The position numbers and the translations under genes are program-made. The notes under the pieces were generated by a model. It was not told the DNA's origin, ran no database searches, and saw only the letters and a list, made by a program, of their open reading frames with translations. DNA of 18,104 nucleotides from an uncultured euryarchaeote (GTDB lineage Archaea; Thermoplasmatota; Poseidoniia; Poseidoniales; Poseidoniaceae): assembly GCA_937899865.1 (NCBI GenBank), contig CALBRH010000042.1, positions 1 to 18,104 on the forward strand. Reading direction: 5' to 3'. Below are positions 1 to 9,000 of this stretch, piece after piece. The first letter of the stretch is position 1. Every line of letters starts with the position of its first letter.

Positions 1-2
1 GC

Positions 3-338
3 TGGAAGCAACGCCAATCAGTAAAAAACGTCGACAGAGAAAAATGGGATGGAGAGAATCAATTATCAAATAAGGTAGAACAATTATTACGCAAAAAACT
101 GTCAGAATTCGGTGATGTTTCATCGTGGGCAAGAACAACAGTAGCAGGAGAAAACAATCTAATGCTCATTAACTGTTCATTTTCTGGTTCAAAACTATCT
201 ATTGGGGTAAGAAATAGTGGGACTCAAGCCAAGATTTCAGTCTCAGCAAGATTGGAATATGGCGGTATAAGTAACGGCATTCAAGAAGCCATAGATGCAG
301 TATGTGATTTACTTGCTAAGCAAATGATTAACCATTGA
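3..338 (+). CDS. Hypothetical protein, 3' part only (runs off the 5' window edge)
   Basis: Manual translation of frame +3 is open from base 3 to TGA at 336-338, 111 codons (WKQRQSVKNVDREKWDGENQLSNKVEQLLRKKLSEFGDVSSWARTT...GIQEAIDAVCDLLAKQMINH*). It is not in the ORF track, and I recognise no family. It overlaps the stop of the convergent gene by 11 bp. Confidence 0.75.
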   Translation, partial: WKQRQSVKNVDREKWDGENQLSNKVEQLLRKKLSEFGDVSSWARTTVAGENNLMLINCSFSGSKLSIGVRNSGTQAKISVSARLEYGGISNGIQEAIDAVCDLLAKQMINH

Positions 339-3300
339 TAATTTCTTTTTCATAGGTTTGGTTAAGGTACGTTACAATACCCAATAGAATAGAAGACGCA
401 ATCAGTATTGCTAACATCGTTTCAATTCCAGCACCGGTGCTAAACATAACCATTGCAACAATCCACGCAAGCACCATATCCAAAGCACCGAAGACTCTCC
501 AAGATTTACGCATGACTAAAATTCCACTAACCCATGATGTTGCAGAGCAAACAGTGAGCAATACAGCAACGACAACCAAAGCACCCCATCCAAATCCAGA
601 TGGTATCAATAACAGATGAACTGACCACAAACCAGCAGCCAACCAGGCGCCAGAATCAGTGACGATAGACCATATTACGAATAATATAGACAAACCTCCA
701 ATGATAGTCGAAATTATGTGTATTCCGATAGGCTCTAATCCAATCGGTTCTAAACTCCAATACATTAACCCAGAAAGAGCGATTGGAATTGTTAGCCAAG
801 CAACCATTACTGCTGCAGGTTGGGTCCAATTCCAACCACGCCTTAGAACGAAAATTATTGCTAAAATTCCGGCTAATCCAATTGATATTAATCCAGCAAA
901 TATCACCCATGCAGCACGTCCAACAGCCCCTCTGTGATCTGCTAAACCACGCATTAAACGCTGTTTTTCTACCCAGTCATATGCTAAAACACATGCCAAT
1001 AACACAACTTCAACAAATAATAGTGGCAAAGTCCAATCTATCATACCACCATCAAAAGGATCGACTCTATACATGACAGGAACCTCTCCACCAATAATCA
1101 AAGCCAAAACTCTGTCCACTGCTAAAAGATAAACAACACCTTCTACCGCATTAGGAATGCGCAATCCCAAATCATTTCTACCAATCAAACCAATTCCCGC
1201 AAGCACACATAGCCCTGCTGTAATGACTGCCAAATGTTTAGCATCATCAAGTCCAACAACTGAATCGGAAATTCTACCAGCAAGATGGACTAAAACCAAT
1301 CCTGCCATAGATATTGCAATTGGTAATTCAATCCCTGCAACATCAGGAAGTCTTAGTCCGATATCATTAGCTCTAATACGCGCCAGTGCGATGAATAGAA
1401 TGGAAATTACCACACAAAATGCTAGAACAAGATAAGACAGAGAAGTTGTGAAAGATAGATATGCAGATGCTAGAATAGTCGTAACTAAGAATGCCATAAC
1501 AATAACTGGTTTGTGATGAATGTCACCAATCTCTAAATCATATTCGCCAGTTGTACCAGCTCGCTTTGCTCGCTTACGTTGTTTTTCTACAAGGTCAAGC
1601 ATTTCAACATCAATCATCTTTAATTTAGTCTTGTTATCTTCTTCTTGCAATATTGCATTAGAGTCGCCCATTTCTTCTGCTTGTGTTTCAACAAATTTTT
1701 GCAACCTGGCCTGTTTTTCTTCGATTCTCAACAAACGCTCCTCTCTCTTAGCAACAGACCGAATTTCACTTCGGAACTCACCCTGTATAGCAAGATATGC
1801 GCCCGCACCAATGAATGCTAGAATAGTAGTTAACAGTACAATGGCCGAATCTTTGATTTGTGCTGTAATCGCCATAACGGCAAGCAACGCAACAGCAGCA
1901 ATCGCAGGCGGCAACAACTTTTCAACCGTTGCAGCACGCCTTAGATAGAGTGCTAAAGCAACCAGTGTGATCACTGTTAAAATATACAAATTAAGAATTT
2001 CATCAGGCAGTATTGAACTGCCATCTAATTGCATTAAATTGAGTGGTTCAAGTGCAATTATAATGAATAATCCCGATAGAAGACCCATCATTAATGTCAA
2101 TAATTGACCAGGCATTGCTTCCGCCTTTTTCAATAACTCCTCACTCATACCAGAATTCTTCTTTCTATCAGAAGAAATTAGTAAAATTGCGCTTGTAATT
2201 ACTAGAGTAATCGCCCAAACTCCTTGTTGCCCATAAGTCCACGATAGGGCAATAGCCGAAATCCCCCAAATAGTCATCAATGATCGAGGTTTTCCTTTGT
2301 GCTTACCAAGCAAGACCATAATTGCATGACTTATCATCAATAATGTCAACACTCCAAACAGACCAATTGCTGGAAGAGACCCAGGTCTTGTTATCGACCA
2401 AGTTACAAATAGGGCTAACAAGAAACTTAAATTCCATAATTGCAGAACTTCTGAATCTCTAATTCTTGCGCCTAGTTCGGACATTCCACTCAATCTTGAT
2501 GCTAGATTGAATCCAGTTTCTCCATGTTTTATGTTAACCCAAATCTGTTGAGATAATAGAATCAACATCCAAGCAGCAAGATCATATTGCTCGATTAGAA
2601 TAGGTACATAGTCAGCAGAAACCAAACGGTTTTCAGCATCGGTGGCAAAAAATAGCAACCATAACCAAGGGCCAACTACAGCAGTTCCAGCGATCGATGG
2701 AGAATCCCTATACATCGACAATTGTGCCAATCCAACCCATACAATACCCTGACTAATCAGTAGAGTTCTTGCCCCACTACCTTCATCATTTGCTGGTATG
2801 AGTAGAGTTAGTAGGGTAACAATCACCAAACCTCCAGCCCATAACACATGGTCAGAAACTGCAGTTTGGTTTCGTAATAATGCACCAGCGGTAAAAGCTG
2901 CAGTTATTGCAGCATAGAAACTATACGGCCGTAAGCCATATGGCAAATCAACATCAGCAATCCCACTTTCTAAAATCGCTAAGGCAAATAATAAAATCGG
3001 AGCAGGCAGTATGATTAATGGCAATAACCTTGACCATTCCACTCCTCTTACTACAAGATACGAAGCACTGAATGCAGTTAGTAATAGGACTAATTGCGCT
3101 AAAGCATAACCGGTTTCTAACCGATTTGCTGCAACAGCCAATAATGCCCCAATCATCCCAAGGCCGACTGAAACAGACCATAACCCAGGTTTTCCAAGCC
3201 CCAATGATTTGAATGCATCTGAGAACCAGTTGTCTTTCTCAACAAACTTCGCAGCCATAGTAGAATTAGTCGCAGTAACACAAACCATTAGTAGAAATAG

Positions 3301-4227
3301 TAACAATTCATCTTCAAACGGTAAAATCTCGAGTCCAAAGAAGTCCCAATTATTCGAAATAGCATGTACTCCCACCCAAAGGTATGATACGGCAATACCC
3401 ATGCTGGCAAGATTGCCAGAGTTACGGATTATCGCAAGGCCGTGTAGCATAATTGTTCCAATACCAATCATTATCGCCACACCAAACTCACCATATAGTG
3501 CACCAGCGGCACTTCCTACAACCAATAAAATCAAAATTGCTTGAGCTGCAATAGCATCTTCATCATGACGTTGAGCTATGCCTATATTCAGCACAACTCC
3601 AAGGAGTAACAAAGCACCAAGCAAGTTATCTTCGTCAGCAAATGAGAAATCATCTAACCATCCCCAATGCCATAAATCCAATGCCAAACCGTAGATTAAT
3701 TTCATCGAAATAATTACCCAAGTGACTCCCAAAATTCTCATGTTTGGGTTCGGAATCCATTTTTCCCCTAAGTATAACCCGACGATTGCCATTACACTGA
3801 GGCCAATTGCCCCAAATATAGGGTCTAGAACTGTACCAACTATTGTGCCGATTAGCGACCATGAAAAAATCATGGCAATCAGTAGCCCAAAACCTAATCT
3901 TTTTTCCCCATATACTGCTAAATCTGTAACACTATCCATTTCCGGAGCGGTTTTTACCGTACCGTCCTTTTGGATAGCACCCGCTCGATCAAAATCTTCT
4001 CCTCCTTTGGAAAAAATCTCAGCGATTTCTCCCATTGCGATATCTTTCTCTTCCTCAACTTTCTCAACGGCTTTAGCCCAAAGGTCGTCTTGTTCGTCCT
4101 TCTCATCAATCATAAACGACGTGATATCAATTCCGCGAGCCCTTGAAAATGACTGCTTCCTAATGATTTCATCACGAGAATCATTTTTGTCAGCAGGCTT
4201 CTTCTGCTCACCCGAATCCTCAGTCAT
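328..4227 (-). CDS. Very large polytopic membrane protein (~1299 aa), possibly DUF2339-like
   Basis: Long ORF 328..4278. The likely start is ATG 4227 (MTEDSGEQ...), because the upstream extension overlaps the divergent ORF/promoter region. It has an acidic soluble N-terminus (~110 aa), then dozens of hydrophobic segments and one charged soluble loop. Segments such as 'AQRHDEDAIAAQAILILL' resemble DUF2339 proteins from memory; the family is unverified. Confidence 0.85.
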   Translation of the reverse strand: MTEDSGEQKKPADKNDSRDEIIRKQSFSRARGIDITSFMIDEKDEQDDLWAKAVEKVEEEKDIAMGEIAEIFSKGGEDFDRAGAIQKDGTVKTAPEMDSVTDLAVYGEKRLGFGLLIAMIFSWSLIGTIVGTVLDPIFGAIGLSVMAIVGLYLGEKWIPNPNMRILGVTWVIISMKLIYGLALDLWHWGWLDDFSFADEDNLLGALLLLGVVLNIGIAQRHDEDAIAAQAILILLVVGSAAGALYGEFGVAIMIGIGTIMLHGLAIIRNSGNLASMGIAVSYLWVGVHAISNNWDFFGLEILPFEDELLLFLLMVCVTATNSTMAAKFVEKDNWFSDAFKSLGLGKPGLWSVSVGLGMIGALLAVAANRLETGYALAQLVLLLTAFSASYLVVRGVEWSRLLPLIILPAPILLFALAILESGIADVDLPYGLRPYSFYAAITAAFTAGALLRNQTAVSDHVLWAGGLVIVTLLTLLIPANDEGSGARTLLISQGIVWVGLAQLSMYRDSPSIAGTAVVGPWLWLLFFATDAENRLVSADYVPILIEQYDLAAWMLILLSQQIWVNIKHGETGFNLASRLSGMSELGARIRDSEVLQLWNLSFLLALFVTWSITRPGSLPAIGLFGVLTLLMISHAIMVLLGKHKGKPRSLMTIWGISAIALSWTYGQQGVWAITLVITSAILLISSDRKKNSGMSEELLKKAEAMPGQLLTLMMGLLSGLFIIIALEPLNLMQLDGSSILPDEILNLYILTVITLVALALYLRRAATVEKLLPPAIAAVALLAVMAITAQIKDSAIVLLTTILAFIGAGAYLAIQGEFRSEIRSVAKREERLLRIEEKQARLQKFVETQAEEMGDSNAILQEEDNKTKLKMIDVEMLDLVEKQRKRAKRAGTTGEYDLEIGDIHHKPVIVMAFLVTTILASAYLSFTTSLSYLVLAFCVVISILFIALARIRANDIGLRLPDVAGIELPIAISMAGLVLVHLAGRISDSVVGLDDAKHLAVITAGLCVLAGIGLIGRNDLGLRIPNAVEGVVYLLAVDRVLALIIGGEVPVMYRVDPFDGGMIDWTLPLLFVEVVLLACVLAYDWVEKQRLMRGLADHRGAVGRAAWVIFAGLISIGLAGILAIIFVLRRGWNWTQPAAVMVAWLTIPIALSGLMYWSLEPIGLEPIGIHIISTIIGGLSILFVIWSIVTDSGAWLAAGLWSVHLLLIPSGFGWGALVVVAVLLTVCSATSWVSGILVMRKSWRVFGALDMVLAWIVAMVMFSTGAGIETMLAILIASSILLGIVTYLNQTYEKEIING

Positions 4228-4283
4228 ACAACCAGTAGTTTGAGCATATGTATTCAATCCTCGCCCCGATTTATTCACTTTTA

Positions 4284-4310
4284 CTTGATTTTTTGGCCAT
4301 TCAAATCAAG
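4284..4310. promoter_or_regulatory. 8-bp inverted repeat (CTTGATTT-N11-AAATCAAG) in the divergent intergenic region
   Basis: Arms at 4284-4291 and 4303-4310 are exact reverse complements and lie in the 152-bp gap between the membrane protein gene and pckA. The regulatory role is inferred. Confidence 0.3.
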
Positions 4311-4379
4311 CGAAAAAAATATTCTAATTACAACATCACTAAACGAAAAGGACAAAGACGACCTCCACTTCGATTTAGC

Positions 4380-5981
4380 ATGGCGGAAGTAGTGGGTTCG
4401 CAATTTGGCGACCTATCTGTACACGGGTTGAACTGTGCAGGAAACATCCATTGGAATCTACCAGTTGAAGAATTAGTAGAGATGGCAGTATCACGCCAAG
4501 AAGGAATTTACAGCGCGCATAAAGCACTGGTAACCGAAACAGGTGAAAGAACAGGGCGGTCTCCTAATGACAAATTTATTGTTGATGAGCCTACAACTAA
4601 TTCCGATGTTAATTGGGGCGATGTGAACATTTCAACAGATTTGGCTACATTTAACAAAATGAGGGCTAAAGTAATCGAATATTTGTCAAAGCGAGAAGAT
4701 TTGTTTGTTCAAGACCTGTATTGCGGAGCAGATATGTCTGAAGCATTATCCATTAGGGTGATTAATCAGAATGCATGGCATAATGCCTTTGCAAGGAATA
4801 TGTTCATCAGACCAACAATTGAGCAATTAGCTCAACATGAACCGGAATTCACAGTATATCATGCACCGCATTTTGAAGCCGGCCCAGAGGACGGCCTTAA
4901 CTCTGAATGTTTTGTAATTGTAAATTATCAAGCAGGAGAAGTTTTGATTGGCGGCACTAAGTATGCTGGCGAAATTAAGAAGTCAATATTTTCTGTAATG
5001 AATTTAATATTACCAAAGAAGGGTATACTTCCAATGCACTGTTCTGCAAATACCAATGGTGAAAACACTGCAGTTTTCTTCGGGCTTTCAGGAACCGGGA
5101 AAACCACGCTTTCAGCAGATCCAAAAAGAGCTCTTATCGGTGATGACGAACATGGCTGGGGGGCAAACGGGGTCTTCAATTTCGAAGGCGGCTGTTATGC
5201 CAAATTGATAGATTTATCAGAGGAAGATGAACCAGAAATATTTGGTACAACACGTAAATTTGGTTCAATTTTGGAAAACATTGTCATGGATGAAAACGGT
5301 ATACCAGATTTCCATGACACTTCTAAAACTCAAAACACAAGGGGGTCTTATCCAATCGAGTTCATAGATAATAGAACCAAAGATTCAACCGGAGGGCACC
5401 CACAAAATGTTATCTTTTTGACCTGTGATGCATTTGGTGTATTGCCACCAATTTCTCGACTAACACCCGAACAAGCAGCATATCATTTCATTTCAGGATA
5501 TACGGCAAAAGTTGCTGGCACAGAAGTTGGAGTTAAGGAGCCACAGGCGACATTTTCAGCATGTTTTGGTGAGCCATTTATGCCAATGCACCCTGGAGTT
5601 TATGCTGATTTATTGTCCAAGAAGATGGAAGAGCATAAAGCAACAGCCTGGCTAATCAATACAGGTTGGTCTGGGGGGCCTTATGGTGTTGGAAATCGTA
5701 TGAAGATCAAGTATACTAGAGCGATGCTAAATGCAGCCTTAGATGGAGATTTAGACGATGTATCATATATCGTCGATGATAGATTCGGTTTTGAAATACC
5801 AGAAACCTGTCCAAATGTTCCTAGTGAAGTACTACAACCAATCCACACATGGGGCGATAGCGACTCTTACAATAAGACAGCAGACAACCTCGCCAAGATG
5901 TTTGTCGACAATTTCAAACGTTATGAGGCAGGAGTTTCAGACGCTGTAAATGCATCATCTCCAAGAACATTAGCAAACTAA
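4380..5981 (+). CDS. pckA: Phosphoenolpyruvate carboxykinase (ATP)
   Basis: Motifs GTKYAGEIKKSIFS, PMHCSAN, P-loop FFGLSGTGKTTLSAD, LIGDDEHGW, NFEGGCYAK and NTRGSYPI. The likely start is ATG 4380 (MAEVVG...), giving 533 aa, a typical length for the ATP-dependent family. Confidence 0.97.
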   Translation: MAEVVGSQFGDLSVHGLNCAGNIHWNLPVEELVEMAVSRQEGIYSAHKALVTETGERTGRSPNDKFIVDEPTTNSDVNWGDVNISTDLATFNKMRAKVIEYLSKREDLFVQDLYCGADMSEALSIRVINQNAWHNAFARNMFIRPTIEQLAQHEPEFTVYHAPHFEAGPEDGLNSECFVIVNYQAGEVLIGGTKYAGEIKKSIFSVMNLILPKKGILPMHCSANTNGENTAVFFGLSGTGKTTLSADPKRALIGDDEHGWGANGVFNFEGGCYAKLIDLSEEDEPEIFGTTRKFGSILENIVMDENGIPDFHDTSKTQNTRGSYPIEFIDNRTKDSTGGHPQNVIFLTCDAFGVLPPISRLTPEQAAYHFISGYTAKVAGTEVGVKEPQATFSACFGEPFMPMHPGVYADLLSKKMEEHKATAWLINTGWSGGPYGVGNRMKIKYTRAMLNAALDGDLDDVSYIVDDRFGFEIPETCPNVPSEVLQPIHTWGDSDSYNKTADNLAKMFVDNFKRYEAGVSDAVNASSPRTLAN

Positions 5982-6026
5982 CGAATTTCCCGTAGTTTGA
6001 TAACTTAGCGGCGCGCACAGTTACTT

Positions 6027-9000
6027 GTGAGCAACATGCGTAGTATACGATTTTTAGTTGGAATTATGTTCATAATAACTGCATTAGCGCCATTAGTTAG
6101 CGTTCATACTTCAATTGACAATACCGAAGAAGAAATACAAACCAACCCATTTGGTGAGCCGGTACTAAAAGATTTGAAAGATTACATAATGCAGGCAAGA
6201 GGCCAACCATGCCCAACATTAGCATTACAAAATGATGCCGGACAACCAGGAGATGCAGGCAACTCTACTACTGGACCTAGAGCGATTGGCAACAATCCTA
6301 CTACTACATTCAGTGGTTGTGTTGACGGAACTGATGGCGAAGATTGGTATGAATTCGATGTCGGCGCCGATTACAATGTTGATGTTGAACTTTCAAATTT
6401 CGATTTTGACTACGATTTACTTCTTGGTATAGAAAACAAATCTAATCCAGGTCAATACTTTTTGGTTGATGACTCTCAAACATATGATCCAATAGAAAAA
6501 GTATCAACCTTAGGAAGTTTCAATGAATCTGAGGAAGGAAAGTATGTCATCGTAATCTATCCATGGGATCCTGCTAGCGGAGACCAAGGAGATTACCAAA
6601 TTGATATTTGGACCAATTATACTGAGTCATGTATTGATTGGTTTAACCCACAAAACGATGCAAATACAGGCCAAGATGCACCACAAAACTGGACCGACTC
6701 ACCAACAAATATGGGTAATAACGTTACTGCAAGTTATACAGGATGTTTAGACGGCTCTGATGGTGGCGACGTATTTGCTTTTGACGTGCCGTTAAATCAT
6801 ACTATTACAGCATCTCTATCAATGGAATCCGGAGTAGATTTTGAATTGTATTTACATCAGCCTAATGGGTCTGAAATAGATGAATCCACAAATAGCTTAG
6901 GAGTTGATGAATTTGTTACATCAGCAGATACAACGTCTGAAAACCAACCAGGAACGTATTTTGTAAACATCTCACATTTTTCTGGAAGTGGTAATTACAC
7001 ATTTGATGTTTGGACGAATTATAGTGTCCCTATCCCAAATCTTGCTATTGACGACATTACTTTCAATCAAGCAGCAAACCCGGGTGATGTAGTCCCATTT
7101 GATATCACGGTAATCAACGATGGCACACTAGATCTAGCAGATCCATTCATGGCAGAAGTAATTCTAAGCGTAGATTCAGAAAATACATGGGTTGATCATA
7201 ATCTTGGCAATGCCACGTGGTCATCTGGATTAGCAATCAATGCAACACAAGTAGTAACTGTAAATGGAGCAATTCCAACTAATCTTGTCGAAGGTGAATA
7301 CAATGTCTTCGTTATATTGGATAGCGATGAGATGGTTGCAGAGAAGAGTGAGACCGATAACACGGAAACCGCCGCTGACACATTGACTGTTGGCAATGGC
7401 GTCAATGCTTGTGCCACTCCACAAGATGATGCAGCTTCAGGAAATGACATCGGCGAAGAGGTTGGAACCTCTTTTGATTTAGGGCTGGATGTTGATGTTG
7501 AAGTACGTGGATGTATAGATTCAAACGATGAAGCAGACCTGTATAAGGTAAGCATTTCCCCTAATCAGCCATTAGAAGTCACCTTGGTTACTGCACCAAT
7601 CGATGGAGCAGATTTCGATTTACAATTGCTATTACCGAACGGAACAGCAATCGATACAAGTTGGAGAAGCACCAATATTGATGAAATTGTGACTTTGGAA
7701 GGTACAGATTACGAAAATACTGGCGGAGACTACTATGTTAATGTCACATATTGGGGCGGTTTTACAAACGGCAATCCTGGCGGTACTTACCGTTTATTAG
7801 TTGGCGAACCAGATCAATCTGCCTATGTGCCACCATTCAGTTGTGGTACACAAAATGATCTCGGACTTGGACAAGACGCTAGCTCATCTGGCATACCATT
7901 GGGTACAAATAACCCAATCAGTGGAACTGGATGTTTAAGTAATTCAGATACAGAGGATGTATACAGTTTTACAATTGACGATTATAAAAATGTAGAGATT
8001 CATTTCAACACTACAATGGATTTACCGTTTACAGCAACCTTGACTAATAGTGCAGGAGATCTAATCGCATCAGTTGATAACATGAGTTATGGTTTGTTAT
8101 TCGAATCCATCAACAACGAAACCTATGAAGGACAATCTAACTCGTTTACACTTACCGTTGATTCAAATGGCGGCCAAGGAAGTTATGATATAGACCTCAT
8201 GGTAATTGAACCAGCATTACCTGATTTGATTCCAGGAAATTTAGTCTGTCCTACCACAGAAACCTTTACCGATGAAGAAATAACCGTTCAGTGGCTCATT
8301 AATAATGCAAAAGGTCCAGGCTACGGACAAACGATGGTCGTCTTAATCGAATTAATCAATTCTGATAATGAAACGGTTAATACGATTTATTCATCAGAAA
8401 CAGCATCAGAAAATCCTGGAGTTACAAACGCAATGTCATACAACCAATCTAATGTACAATCTAGTTATGCTTTCTTTACCGTTCCAACCGAGACAACATC
8501 TGGCGATTACCGCTGTAAATTAATTATTGATTCTAACAATGAAATTACAGAATCAGATGAATCAAACAATATCCATTTCTCCGAGCCGTTCTACATCCAA
8601 AACGAGGAAGAATTGTATGCGAACGATGTTGACAGAGACGGCTTTAATTCAACTGATAATGGAGATGGTAAAGTCGATGGCTGTCCAAGCAATCCAGGAA
8701 CCTCTACTGTAGATAGGTACGGTTGCCCAGATCTTGATAGCGACGGCGTCTCCAACGACAATGATATTCTGCCAAACGATCCAACACAATGGTATGATAC
8801 CGATGGCGATGGATTTGGCGACAACCCTATTGGAACTAATGGCGACCAATGTCCAGATATACCTGGCGTTTTTAATGGAGATGATGGAGCAGGTTGCCCG
8901 ATACTTGATTTAGATTCAGATGGCGTACTAAACGAAAATGACTTGTGCCCGGATACCCCTATTGGAACTATAGTCGGTGCAGATGGCTGTGAAATTATTG

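Noticed and set aside
3722-4243. 173-aa + strand ORF and other short ORFs opposite the membrane protein gene
   Set aside because: They are antisense shadows of a long coding gene, with no motifs.
4228-4379. ORF-track starts at 4278 (-) and 4248 (+)
   Set aside because: The extensions overlap each other head-to-head and encode low-complexity, non-homologous peptides. ATG 4227 and ATG 4380 give sensible proteins and a 152-bp divergent promoter region.
5995-6025. TTGATAAC upstream of the surface protein gene, similar to TTGATAAG upstream of polC (16691-16698, - strand), as a TATA-like motif
   Set aside because: Only two short instances at different spacings; this cannot be distinguished from chance without transcription start data.
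8625-8995. TSP3 region as a CRISPR-like or DNA-level repeat array
   Set aside because: The similarity is at protein level (DxDxDG motifs); there are no regular identical DNA repeats with spacers.
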